In this document: piece after piece, positions 8,044-17,093 of the stretch
Layout of the letters: each line of letters begins with the position of its first letter
How positions within the stretch are numbered: the first letter of the stretch is position 1
NCBI GenBank assembly: GCA_001774395.1
Contig: MEZX01000003.1
Coordinates: 9,903 to 73,902 of the forward strand
DNA: 64,000 bases
From: Candidatus Berkelbacteria bacterium RIFCSPLOWO2_01_FULL_50_28
GTDB taxonomy: Bacteria; Patescibacteriota; UBA1384; 2-12-FULL-50-11
Reading direction: 5' to 3'
Made by a program: the position numbers and the translations under genes
The notes under the pieces: model-generated
What the model was told of the DNA's origin: nothing
What the model saw: the letters and a program-made list of their open reading frames with translations, nothing else
Databases searched by the model: none

Positions 8044-9237
8044 TTAGGCGCCAATCCCCACGAATGTTAGAGCCTTGCCGGCTTTATTGATGCGGCCAGT
8101 GCGGCCAATGCGGTGAATATAGTCGGCGTAGTTTTCCGGCGTGTCGAAGTTAATAACGTGCGAAACGTCGGGGATGTCCAGGCCGCGGGCGGCCACGTCC
8201 GTGGCAACTAATATTTCTACACGGTCTTCTTTAAAATCTTTCAGAGCGCGCTGGCGCTGGGACTGACTTTTGTTGCCGTGAATTGAAGCCGTGCCAAATC
8301 CTCGCTCCATCAGAGCGTCATTTAACTTTTGAACGCCGTGTTTTGTGCGGCCAAAAATGAGCACTTTCTTCGCGTCTTCTTGAAGCAAGATATTGTGTAG
8401 CAGGGTCATTTTGTGGAAAGTGTCGGTAAATCGAACGATGTCCTGGTCAACGTTTTGCGAAGTTTCACGTTTTTTGACCGAGATAGTTTCGGGGTTTGTG
8501 GTGAAGCTTTGAATCAGAGCCCGGACCTCGGGTGAAATGGTGGCGGAAAAAAACAGTGACTGGCGCACTTGCGGCAGTTTGGAGATGAGCTCCCGCACAT
8601 CATTAATAAAGCCCATGTCTACCATTCGATCGGCTTCGTCTAGGACGAGATTATTGAAATCGTGCAAGCGCAACGACCGTTGCCCAACGTGATCTTTCAG
8701 TCTTCCCGGCGTGCCGATAACAAACTGGGGGTTACGCCGCAGGGCGTTCAACTGAGTGCCGTAGCCGCTACCGCCCAAGCAAAGGGCCGAGTGGATATTC
8801 ATCCCGCGCGAAAAAGCTTTCAGTTCGTCGTCAATCTGAACGGCTAGCTCTCGGGTGGGAACAACTATTAAGGCTTTTTGTAGGCGATCTTTTAGCATCT
8901 TGTCGAGCAACGGCAGTAGAAACGCCGCTGTCTTACCGGTGCCGGTATCGGCAATGCCGATAACGTCTCGTCCGGTCATAACGATCGGGATAGCCTTATC
9001 TTGAATAGGGGTTGGGGTGACGTAGCCTCGAGCGACTACGCGTTCCAAGACAATTGGGGAAAGCACAAAATCCTCAAACCTGTGAGTTATCGGTTCTTGA
9101 GCTTGATCGGGCACGTCAACCGATTTGTTGACGTACATTGAGGAGTGGACACTCGAAAAGCGCGGTTGTCGCGAGCGACTTCCGAAACCTCTAGAGTTGC
9201 CAAAGCCGCGACTGCGACTTCGCATAGTATTATTCAT
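8044..9237 (-). CDS. DEAD-box ATP-dependent RNA helicase with an RGG/RS-rich N-terminus
   Basis: Q-motif, TGTGKTAAF (motif I), DEAD, SAT and HRIGRTGR motifs. Confidence 0.85.
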   Translation of the reverse strand: MNNTMRSRSRGFGNSRGFGSRSRQPRFSSVHSSMYVNKSVDVPDQAQEPITHRFEDFVLSPIVLERVVARGYVTPTPIQDKAIPIVMTGRDVIGIADTGTGKTAAFLLPLLDKMLKDRLQKALIVVPTRELAVQIDDELKAFSRGMNIHSALCLGGSGYGTQLNALRRNPQFVIGTPGRLKDHVGQRSLRLHDFNNLVLDEADRMVDMGFINDVRELISKLPQVRQSLFFSATISPEVRALIQSFTTNPETISVKKRETSQNVDQDIVRFTDTFHKMTLLHNILLQEDAKKVLIFGRTKHGVQKLNDALMERGFGTASIHGNKSQSQRQRALKDFKEDRVEILVATDVAARGLDIPDVSHVINFDTPENYADYIHRIGRTGRINKAGKALTFVGIGA

Positions 9238-9522
9238 TCTTATTACAGCCTTTCTACTGTTGGTTGGTTTTCCAACCGAGCTCCCGAACAGTAGTGCCGC
9301 CTATCTAACGAGTGGGGCAACAATCCGAAAGCAATTTAGCTTTACTTAGTCCTGGATTGAACCCGAGGAGTCACATAAAGTTCTGCAAGCATAACAGTAA
9401 TATCGGCGAATGTCCAGCTTAAAGGGGTTGGGTTGTGATCTTGTGGTCTATTGTAAAGCAAACTTTACCCCCACACCGAAATGAACTTCGGTGCGGGGCA
9501 GGCATTTTTTATCCCGCCTGCT

Positions 9523-9538
9523 AGGAGGCTTTATGTAA
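9523..9538 (+). promoter_or_regulatory. start-stop mini-ORF (AGGAGG-cttt-ATG-TAA) in the leader of the downstream operon
   Basis: A perfect SD is followed by ATG TAA. It is preceded by a hairpin plus T-run at 9474-9512. Confidence 0.3.
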
Positions 9539-9566
9539 AGGACGCTTTACAGTATACTTTTAGGTA

Positions 9567-10220
9567 ATGGACGGCAAAGTGTTGGTGATTTCCGATACCC
9601 ATTTGACTACAAAATTTAACCCGAAGAAATTCGAGTTGCTACGTGGGCTCATAAATTCGTGCGATCAAGTTGTTATTAACGGCGATTTTTACGAAGGGTT
9701 CGTCATTAATTTTTCCCAGTTCGTGACTTCGCCGTGGCAACAATTATTCCCCATACTGAAACAGAAAAAAGCAATCTATCTGCCCGGAAACCATGAGAAG
9801 AACCTTCCGGATCACGGCTACGAGCAGTTTTGCGACCAAGTTATGGAGAAGTATGAATTCGAGCAAAACGGGGTGACATTCCATGTTTTTCACGGGCACG
9901 GTGTGGACCGAACTTTCGACGTCCGGAATCCAAATTTTCCGAGATTCATCTCTGGGGTTGTCTCTCGGTCGGAAAAAATAGTTTGCGCAGTTTTTGGGCG
10001 TCGCTACACTAAAATCTACAAGTATGAAAACCAAATTCTGAAGAGATGGAAACTCAAAAACCTACCTTTGAATGACTGGCTGATCTGCGGTCACACCCAT
10101 TTAGCCGAACTTGACGAAACGGCAAGATTTGCCAATTCAGGCTTGTTTTTGTCAGAGAAGTTGGCGAGTTACTTAACAATTGAAAACGGTAAAATAGACC
10201 TTCACTACATCGATGGCTAG
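9567..10220 (+). CDS. metallophosphoesterase (calcineurin-like)
   Basis: Motifs ISDTHL, NGDF, GNHE and GHTH. Confidence 0.7.
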   Translation: MDGKVLVISDTHLTTKFNPKKFELLRGLINSCDQVVINGDFYEGFVINFSQFVTSPWQQLFPILKQKKAIYLPGNHEKNLPDHGYEQFCDQVMEKYEFEQNGVTFHVFHGHGVDRTFDVRNPNFPRFISGVVSRSEKIVCAVFGRRYTKIYKYENQILKRWKLKNLPLNDWLICGHTHLAELDETARFANSGLFLSEKLASYLTIENGKIDLHYIDG

Positions 10221-10821
10221 AGATTATTACGAAGTTTTAGGGGTTTCGCGTTCTGCCAGCGAGCAAGAGATAAAAAAGGCTTATCGAAGTAAGGCCCATA
10301 GACTGCATCCCGATAAAGGTGGGGATAAAGCGGCGTTTCAAGAAATAAACGAGGCCTACCAAGTTTTGAGTGATAAAAATAAAAAAGCCCAGTACGACCA
10401 GTTTGGCTCGGTCGGTCGAGGAGCCGGTGGATTTGGCGGCGCTTCACAACAGGGTGGAGGATTCGGTGGTTTTGACGGCTTTAATGTAAATTTTGGCGGC
10501 GGCCAGAGCCAGGGCGGTTTTGGCTCAATTTTTGAAGATTTATTTGAATCGGCTTTTTCGCAGGTTCAAGTCCAGCTCCAAATTTCGATCCCGCAAGCGG
10601 TTCTCGGCGATACTGTCCGTTTTAAAACTAATTTTGGCGACGAGGTCGAGTTAAGAATCCCGCCAGCTACCCAAGAAGGACAGTCCTACAGGTTCAGAGG
10701 TAAAGGTCAACAAACCCGTCGCGGCCGTGGCGATCTGACGGTAGTCATCCACATAGACATCCCCCGCCGCCTATCTCGCGAACAAAAAGAGCTTTACGAG
10801 CAACTGAAAAGAGCCTCCTAA
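10213..10821 (+). CDS. DnaJ-like J-domain protein lacking the zinc-finger domain (CbpA/DnaJ-like)
   Basis: J-domain with HPDK, a G/F-rich linker, and a C-terminal [27 protein letters not shown] that is DnaJ-CTD-like. Confidence 0.75.
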   Translation: MARDYYEVLGVSRSASEQEIKKAYRSKAHRLHPDKGGDKAAFQEINEAYQVLSDKNKKAQYDQFGSVGRGAGGFGGASQQGGGFGGFDGFNVNFGGGQSQGGFGSIFEDLFESAFSQVQVQLQISIPQAVLGDTVRFKTNFGDEVELRIPPATQEGQSYRFRGKGQQTRRGRGDLTVVIHIDIPRRLSREQKELYEQLKRAS

Positions 10822-11172
10822 GTCAGCGGCCTGGGAGACCGCATCACCAACAGCTTTACGTTCATCGCTGAGATCGAAGGTCGCTTCAACCGCAACCAAC
10901 GGACGAATCGAAAGGATCGAAACGTTCAGAGCCATCCCCCGAAGGCGATAGCAAGACAAGCACTTGAGCGCTTGCCACCGAGTTTACTCGGCGTCGAGAG
11001 CCAGAGCTCTCACTCGGACGAGTTACAGATCGCTGTTTGGCTTAAACGATCCCCAGGCCTTTTGAGCGCGCTCTAGACTTTCCCAGAGGGGCTAGAGCAT
11101 TGTCAGGTACGCTTAAACCAACCGTATCAACGGTGAAATGGAAATCAAGTCTAAAAAGATTGACCACCCCGT

Positions 11173-12144
11173 TCAGGAAGTGGCCAATTTTGGCGAGATG
11201 GTTTGAGCGCAGAGCTGGCGGTACGCGCAGTATCGATCCATTACTCGCTTCTCAGTGGAGTTGGGTCTTCGACGGTAACGCCGACCACCTTTCCGACGAA
11301 CTGAGGGGTCTTGCAGTGAGGCGAGTAGCTGGCTCATCATCCCGCTGATCTGCACCTGAGTCGCCTTGTCACACAGACCTTTTTCGATCGCGTTGTGAAT
11401 AGCACCGCGAATCTTGCCGAGGTAGCTGCGTGGCAGGATGATGCTCCGATTCTGATTGAGTGTGAATCCAGCGATCTTGACTGGCCCGCGGTTCAGGTCA
11501 AGGATTTGGGTCTTACTTTCATGGATCACCAAACCAGCTTCGCGCATCAGGCCGTAGATGGCCTGGCGTTTCTTCTTGCCGATTCTCGTCATTGACGACA
11601 AGGTGATGTCGTCGAGATAACGGGTGTACGTCAGACCGTACTGCTTGCAGAGCTCTATGAGTTTGCTGTCGAGCAGGACTGCCACGTAGAGATTGTAGAG
11701 ATCGGGCGAGGCTGGTGCTCCAGTGAGCAGGCCGCCTTTGTTGTTAAGACAGTAGCGCTGGAGGAACTGTGTGACTACTTCAGATCCAAATAGATCGCGC
11801 GGCAGAGTTGGATCAAGCTCCAACAAGACCTGGACCAACTTCTCTTCGTCAACTGTTCCGTAAGCATCCTTGATGTCTAACAGCAAAAAGTACCTATTGT
11901 TTCGGTGCGGAAAGATGTTGGTGATTGACGAATGGCCTTTCCTGGCGCCGGTGGCCGCGGAAAGATCGGCTGGTAGCGAACGAAGGTAGCTAATCAGTGC
12001 GCTATGAACCTCTCGCATTTGAGCGTTAGGTGCGGAAATGTGACGACGTTTGGTTCTGCCGCCGAGAGGGTTCACATCCTTCAGAAAGAAGTGACGAAAA
12101 GCTGCTCCCTCGACAGGAGCGGCCAATATTGGTTTGTTTGACAT
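11173..12144 (-). CDS. reverse transcriptase, retron-type (putative)
   Basis: 323 aa. RT motifs: NRYFLLLDIKDAYGTV (motif 2), GLLTGAPASPDLYNLYV (motif 4), TYTRYLDDITLSS (YxDD), VIHESKTQIL (motif 6) and KIAGFTL (VTG-like). SITNIFPH is NAxxH-like. No maturase or endonuclease domain. AGGAG is 6 nt upstream of the ATG. Confidence 0.7.
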   Translation of the reverse strand: MSNKPILAAPVEGAAFRHFFLKDVNPLGGRTKRRHISAPNAQMREVHSALISYLRSLPADLSAATGARKGHSSITNIFPHRNNRYFLLLDIKDAYGTVDEEKLVQVLLELDPTLPRDLFGSEVVTQFLQRYCLNNKGGLLTGAPASPDLYNLYVAVLLDSKLIELCKQYGLTYTRYLDDITLSSMTRIGKKKRQAIYGLMREAGLVIHESKTQILDLNRGPVKIAGFTLNQNRSIILPRSYLGKIRGAIHNAIEKGLCDKATQVQISGMMSQLLASLQDPSVRRKGGRRYRRRPNSTEKRVMDRYCAYRQLCAQTISPKLATS

Positions 12145-12239
12145 CTGTTACTCCTGTTGTGGTTGATGTGAAAGGGCGAAGAATTCCAGCGAAGATGGGG
12201 CAGGGAAAGATTACGACTTACTCTTGGTTGAGTCAAGCA

Positions 12240-12326
12240 AAACTTTTTCAAGATGATATTCCCGGCCGGGTTCGTCTCTCTCGTGAACAAAGAGAGCTGT
12301 ACGAACAGCTAAAAAACTTAAGTTAA
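12240..12326 (+). pseudogene. displaced fragment encoding a DnaJ C-terminal tail (KLFQDDIPGRVRLSREQRELYEQLKNLS*)
   Basis: 16/21 residues are identical to the tail of the intact DnaJ-like gene, in frame to a stop. There is no convincing RBS. Confidence 0.4.
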
Positions 12327-13378
12327 CCGGCGTTGGCTTCGAGAAATTCCAGCACCACTTCTTCTTCGGGCAGCAAACCAACGGTATCTACTTCAAGAGT
12401 GCTGATAGTATCGACTTTGGGGCCATTTCCGCTCAAGAAGCTTTCCAAAACAAACGGGTGGACGTAACATTTACGACAAACGGTGGGCGTATTACCAAGC
12501 TCGGCGGCGACGGTTTTAATCGTGGCAGTGATCAACTTTTTGTTCTCGCGTTCGGTTTTGGCGCGCTGACACTCAGAGAGCAGAATCGCCGCCAAAATCG
12601 TCCCTCGCCAGGTACGAAAATCTTTGGCGGTGAACTCTTCGCCAGATGCATCTTGGATATACTCGTTGACATCTGCCGAATCGATACCGTGCAGGTTGTC
12701 ATCCTCGTCAATAAATTGAAATAGCTCTTGCCCGGGCAAGTCTTGGAGCCTGCCGATCAGGCGAGCCAGGCGGCGATCTTCGAACTCGACGGTGTGAAAC
12801 TGGCCGCTTTTACCCTTGAAGTTGATAGTGACTTTAATCGAGCCAACCTCGACGTGACGGTTACGCAAAGTGGTTAGGCCGTACGATTGGTTTTCTTTGG
12901 CGTACTGCTCGTTGCCGACGCGAATCATTGTTTTCTCGAGTAATTTAACGATTGTCGCTAAGACCTTTTCCCGTGGCAGGCCCTGCTTGTTCATGTCTTC
13001 GGACATTTGGGAGCGGATTTTTGGCAGAGCCTTGCCAAATTCGATTGTTTTTTCAAATTTGGACTGATCGCGAAATTTTAACCAGTCGGGATGGTAGCGG
13101 TACTGTTTGCGGCCTTTCTCGTCGGTGCCGATTGCTTGCAGATGGCTGTTAGCAACGGGCGAGATGACGACATTCTCCCAGCCCGGCGGCAGGACGAGCG
13201 AACGAATTCTCTCAAGCGTTTCTGGTTCGGTGATGTTTTCGTCTTCTTTTTTGTAATAGTAAAACTTGTCGCCGCGTTTAGCGCGTTTGATTGTTAGTTG
13301 GTCTTCGCGAAAGTAACGCAACCCGGCCTCTTTGGCCGAAGCGACCGGGTCGCCGGTAAGCTCAATGACGTTTTCCAT
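12323..13378 (-). CDS. DNA topoisomerase IB (poxvirus/eukaryotic-type)
   Basis: 351 aa. GKSGQFH, the catalytic region AELGNTPTVCRKCYVHP (active-site Tyr), and an N-terminal DNA-binding region. Confidence 0.7.
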   Translation of the reverse strand: MENVIELTGDPVASAKEAGLRYFREDQLTIKRAKRGDKFYYYKKEDENITEPETLERIRSLVLPPGWENVVISPVANSHLQAIGTDEKGRKQYRYHPDWLKFRDQSKFEKTIEFGKALPKIRSQMSEDMNKQGLPREKVLATIVKLLEKTMIRVGNEQYAKENQSYGLTTLRNRHVEVGSIKVTINFKGKSGQFHTVEFEDRRLARLIGRLQDLPGQELFQFIDEDDNLHGIDSADVNEYIQDASGEEFTAKDFRTWRGTILAAILLSECQRAKTERENKKLITATIKTVAAELGNTPTVCRKCYVHPFVLESFLSGNGPKVDTISTLEVDTVGLLPEEEVVLEFLEANAG

Positions 13379-13479
13379 TGCGGTTAGTGTAGCACATCAG
13401 ATTCGAGACTCGACTTGGCTGATTGGGGCGGCAGTTCGTTGGACAAACGGTTGCCCGAGCTTGGGGCCCGGGCAATTGG

Positions 13480-14010
13480 TCATTCATCGATGATCTGGCC
13501 GATTACGATCTTTTTTTCGAGGCACTCGTCTTTAGAGGTGAAAAGGAAATAACCGGTCAGGATTTTCCCATCAAGAACTGGTTCAATCCAGCTCTCATCC
13601 TCTTGCCACATCTCGTGGTAGGGGATGTTGTGACGCTTCCACCACTTTGGTGCCATCTCTTCGCTTTCAGCTGGATCGCCCTCCCACTTTTCAGCCTCGT
13701 AGACGTAGCATTTCTGATTCCATCTCTTCTCCGGTGCCACGTCTGAGAAGTAGAAATACAGAATTGCCACCAGCCGAACCTTGATGAGGTCAGTGCCAAG
13801 TTCGTCTCTAGTTTCACGAACAACGCAATCTTCCGGCGATTCGTTCAGCTCTTCCTCGGTTTTTCCACCAGAGAAGTTCCACTTGCCTTCCCCAAAACCT
13901 CGTTTCTTCATTGCCAAGTTCACCAGATCGCCCTTGCGAATGATGCCCAGAGTGGTTTTGCGCAAACTACCAACATGAGCCCTGCGATGCTCTGTAAGGT
14001 TCATAGTCAA
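13480..14010 (-). CDS. NUDIX hydrolase
   Basis: Nudix box GGKTEEELNESPEDCVVRETRDELG. Confidence 0.7.
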   Translation of the reverse strand: MTMNLTEHRRAHVGSLRKTTLGIIRKGDLVNLAMKKRGFGEGKWNFSGGKTEEELNESPEDCVVRETRDELGTDLIKVRLVAILYFYFSDVAPEKRWNQKCYVYEAEKWEGDPAESEEMAPKWWKRHNIPYHEMWQEDESWIEPVLDGKILTGYFLFTSKDECLEKKIVIGQIIDE

Positions 14011-14046
14011 GTTGTAACCAAAAAAACTAAGAGAAACAATATCGGT

Positions 14047-14082
14047 TTATAAAAAATAATGCGCGGCCACCGGGGGCCGCGC
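14047..14082 (-). terminator. rho-independent terminator for the minus-strand gene ending at 14096
   Basis: 8-bp GC stem gcgcggcc/ggccgcgc. On the minus strand it is followed by a U-run (plus strand ataaaaaataat). Confidence 0.65.
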
Positions 14083-14095
14083 AAAGGAGTCGGGC

Positions 14096-15538
14096 TCAGA
14101 CAGTATTGCCAAGCAGGTATTCGATTGCCTGCTTAGCACCGTATGAGTCGTTCGGACCATCCATCAGGAACGGGAGAAAATCCAGATTTCCCGCAGTTAC
14201 GACCGCGGGCTCTCCCTTGTTGCCTAATCTGGCCGTGACCATCAGACCATTACAGAGACATCCCCTGCCGACGGTATCTTCGAGTTTCCCGCCCTTAGCG
14301 GTATACTTCTTCTCCGGTTCGGCGGCGCATCTGTAGCCGATGGAACCGTCTGGCTTCTCGTACAGAGAGACCAGAGCGCACTGATTACAGACGCGATCTC
14401 TCTTCCTGAAGACCTCTGGGTCAGCGATCGTCCCTTCCAGCTCTACAACTTGAAAAGGATATCCTGTTGGAGAGATGTCCATATCAGTACGAACTTTCAA
14501 TGTGCCATTGTACCCCTGCCTCCGAACTTCGCGGCGAATTTCAGGATCCATTCCGGAATCGTCACTGAAAGCAAACATAGAGCCGACTTGGATGCCCATT
14601 GCGCCGACCGACAGTGCCCAGCGGAGTCTTTCCGGTGAGGCGCAAGAACCACCGATATAGAACCGCACACCGAGTGCGACGAGCTTGGCATAGTCGACAA
14701 CATCCTTTTCGCCGTAGACAAGAATTTGTTCGCCGTCAGCGTTTATCGCGGGGGTTCTCGGCGGAGCGTTATGCCCGCCAGCCGTTGGCCCTTCAACGAC
14801 AAGAGCGGCGATATCTCCTTCGATCTTCGTCGCAAAGAGAATGGCAAGGGCGGTCGAGGCAACGATGGGAATGAATCCCGGCTTCTTCATCGGCGGCAAT
14901 TCGCTTCCGAAGAACTTTTTGGGATCAAAACTCATCGCATACTTCTTGGTCTTTCCGTCGATACCGGCGTAATCTACGTCGTAGTGGACTACTCTTCCTT
15001 CGGCGATCGCGTCGATCACGTCAGGGATTTGTCGCGGTATGCCAGCACCCACGGTTACGAAGTCCACACCAGCCATCATCGCACCAAGGATACCGCACAT
15101 CAGTGACATGGAAATTTTCGCCATGTAGTTGATGCTGACCGGATTACTGTGTCCCTCTTTCGCTAAGTAGACAAAGGCGTAGTTAGCGCAAATTGTCAGA
15201 GCGATCAAGCGAGCCGGGGGTTTGACAGTAAAAACTGGTTTACCCTTGTACTTTGCTCCAGCCGGAATCCCGCCTTCGACGAAATACTCGTCAAGCACCC
15301 CTTTGGCCATATTCTGGAACGGAAAAGTTGCCAAAGCGCGTCGAAGGTGTCCACCTAGATCGCCTTCTTGCAAAAGCCGCGCTAGCAGAATATCTGCACC
15401 GACACCCGACACGGTACCAAGTTGGCCAAGCATCGAGACGATTCGTGCTAGCGGCCAGATCGAGATATTGAATCCCATCCCTCCCTGGATAACCCGCGGG
15501 AGGCAGTGGACTTCTGTCGAACTGTTAAGTTTCTTCAA
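14096..15538 (-). CDS. nitronate monooxygenase / FabK-like enoyl-ACP reductase II family (NMO, 2-nitropropane dioxygenase-like)
   Basis: IQGGMG and VVEGPTAGGH motifs. 480 aa. Visibly GC-rich. Confidence 0.65.
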   Translation of the reverse strand: MKKLNSSTEVHCLPRVIQGGMGFNISIWPLARIVSMLGQLGTVSGVGADILLARLLQEGDLGGHLRRALATFPFQNMAKGVLDEYFVEGGIPAGAKYKGKPVFTVKPPARLIALTICANYAFVYLAKEGHSNPVSINYMAKISMSLMCGILGAMMAGVDFVTVGAGIPRQIPDVIDAIAEGRVVHYDVDYAGIDGKTKKYAMSFDPKKFFGSELPPMKKPGFIPIVASTALAILFATKIEGDIAALVVEGPTAGGHNAPPRTPAINADGEQILVYGEKDVVDYAKLVALGVRFYIGGSCASPERLRWALSVGAMGIQVGSMFAFSDDSGMDPEIRREVRRQGYNGTLKVRTDMDISPTGYPFQVVELEGTIADPEVFRKRDRVCNQCALVSLYEKPDGSIGYRCAAEPEKKYTAKGGKLEDTVGRGCLCNGLMVTARLGNKGEPAVVTAGNLDFLPFLMDGPNDSYGAKQAIEYLLGNTV

Positions 15539-15637
15539 CGCATCACCTCCTTTAGGGTATGCGGGATTATTTTAACTGCTGAGGCTGGCAAAAGATATGG
15601 ATTAGAGATTATGCTCTTGCGCTCGCCAATCATCAAT

Positions 15638-15815
15638 AACCGAAAACTGGCGACTGCCACAGCGATTTCAAAGCTTGGCGAGAAATCGGAGCGTAGCGAG
15701 ATCCTTCCGGTGGCGAGGAGCCGGTTTTCACCTCTCCCCGAAGGGAAGCGTGGCCAGGTATGGGGTGTGGGGAGGTAGGGGCGGCCTTCGCAACTACGAG
15801 CCCCTCCTCCCCACA
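15638..15815 (+). ncRNA. structured RNA element, copy A (candidate cis-regulatory leader or ncRNA)
   Basis: Homologous to the minus strand of 26851-27090, with compensatory changes in stems (cgatttc/gaaatcg vs cggctttcg/cgaaagccg; tgtggggagg/cctccccaca vs tgtgggggcc/ggcccccaca). Confidence 0.45.
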
Positions 15816-15919
15816 AAAAAGCTGCGGTGCAGTTGCAAACTCACACCGCTGAAAGCGATAGGAACCATTTGACACTCAACCCAGTTGCTTGGATACTAAT
15901 TTGTAGGAGGAACAAGAGA

Positions 15920-16450
15920 GTGCAAGCTGTACCAAGTTGGGACCTATTCTTAACCATCTTTTTCATTGTTAGCATCGGCTACTCCTTTGTGTTGCAACGC
16001 GACAAGGTGGTGGTGACGTTGTTGGCGATTTATGCTGGAATTGTTGTCGCTACGGTGATTGGGCCGTCGGCTCAGGATTTTTTCCAAGGCAACAAGACTG
16101 TTGGTGACCAGCTATTTGTGAAGGCGAACGCCAGCCCGTTCTCAGTTTCGGCAGGACTGTTTATTCTGACGACAATCGTTGTCTCGGTTCGCTCGGGATT
16201 GGGCCGCGGTGGCTCAAGTTCTAGTTCGAAACTTTCAGCCTTTGAGTTGGCGCTGTTTAGCTTTTTGAATTCGGCTTTAATTCTGACGGCGATCTTCTCG
16301 TTTATGGATAAAGAGGCGGCGACCCAGTTTGCCGCTCACTCACGAATTGCCCGAATTTTCATCGACCGTGAGCTTTGGTGGACAATCGCACCGATTATTG
16401 CTCTGGTGGCCACCGGGGGCTTGGGCAAGAGCCGAAGCTCGGATTACTAA
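15920..16450 (+). CDS. multi-pass membrane protein (hypothetical)
   Basis: AGGAGG sits 9 nt upstream of the GTG. Several hydrophobic helices. The ORF track starts further upstream at 15827. Confidence 0.5.
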   Translation: MQAVPSWDLFLTIFFIVSIGYSFVLQRDKVVVTLLAIYAGIVVATVIGPSAQDFFQGNKTVGDQLFVKANASPFSVSAGLFILTTIVVSVRSGLGRGGSSSSSKLSAFELALFSFLNSALILTAIFSFMDKEAATQFAAHSRIARIFIDRELWWTIAPIIALVATGGLGKSRSSDY

Positions 16451-16501
16451 AATATCGCGCAAAAAACTGCCGGCACTGAGGCCGGCTTTGGATGTGCTTA
16501 A

Positions 16502-17093
16502 CTACGACTTGGACAGATTTCTTCTTTCAGAGTCGTGGCTTTCCGTAGCAATGGCATAGAGCAGGCCGAGGAAGTGCTCACGCTGAACCACCAGCTTCCA
16601 ATACCTCTCTTCATTCAGGGAGCGGTATTTCTGATCAAACTCTCTGTCGACATCGATTGGTTTTCTGTGGTTCACATGCATCAGGTAGTTATGGTGAGCG
16701 ATCATGGCGATGAACTTACGCGTACTGATGACACGTTCGCTTCTCTTCGGGAGATGATCCCAGATTTGGGCAAAACGTCTCAGGGCAAGACTCTCCGTTT
16801 CCTCGAGCAACCTTTTCGGAGGTGCGATCCGGTCAGTATCTGGGTCGTCCTCAAAGCCCAACAAGTTACCTTCCAGTTCCAGCGAACCAATTCTGGTCCG
16901 ACAGCCACTCATCTGGTACCGATAGCCCAGATCGGTCGCCGTCGCCCATTGAAAGAGGTAGAAAACCTCCTGAATCAGGCGCAGATCGTTCGGGCTGAAG
17001 TGATGGTCGGTGTGCCCGGCCAGATGCAAGGGATCCCATAATAGGGTCAAGATTTGCCAAAGCTTTCGATACTCTTTTCTCATATATCTCCTA
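16502..17093 (-). CDS. hypothetical protein (GC-rich, possibly horizontally acquired)
   Basis: AGGAGATAT-ATG at 17093. About 197 aa with no confident domain. The upstream extension of the ORF to 17320 looks spurious. Confidence 0.4.

Larger units (their letters stand above)
10760..12326. mobile_element. putative reverse-transcriptase-bearing insertion at the 3' end of the DnaJ-like gene, bounded by two diverged copies of the DnaJ tail-coding segment
   Basis: [21 protein letters not shown] at 10762-10821 and DIPGRVRLSREQRELYEQLKNLS* at 12258-12326 are in the same orientation. An RT gene lies between them on the opposite strand. Confidence 0.4.

Noticed and set aside
12145-12322. Confident delineation of retron msr/msd and a1/a2 repeats
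   Set aside because: I see hairpins and a direct repeat but could not identify an unambiguous a1/a2 inverted-repeat pair by eye. It needs computational folding or covariance models.
10740-12330. Diversity-generating retroelement (TR/VR) explanation for the duplicated DnaJ tail flanking the RT
   Set aside because: The two copies differ mostly at synonymous third positions in many codon types (gac/gat, cgc/cgt, gag/gaa), not specifically at adenines. The RT also lacks DGR-type features and there is no Avd-like gene.
10822-12330. Group II intron
   Set aside because: The RT is only 323 aa with no maturase (X) or endonuclease domain. There is not enough 5' sequence for domains I-III. I could not see a domain V-like 34-nt hairpin with the AGC triad on either side.
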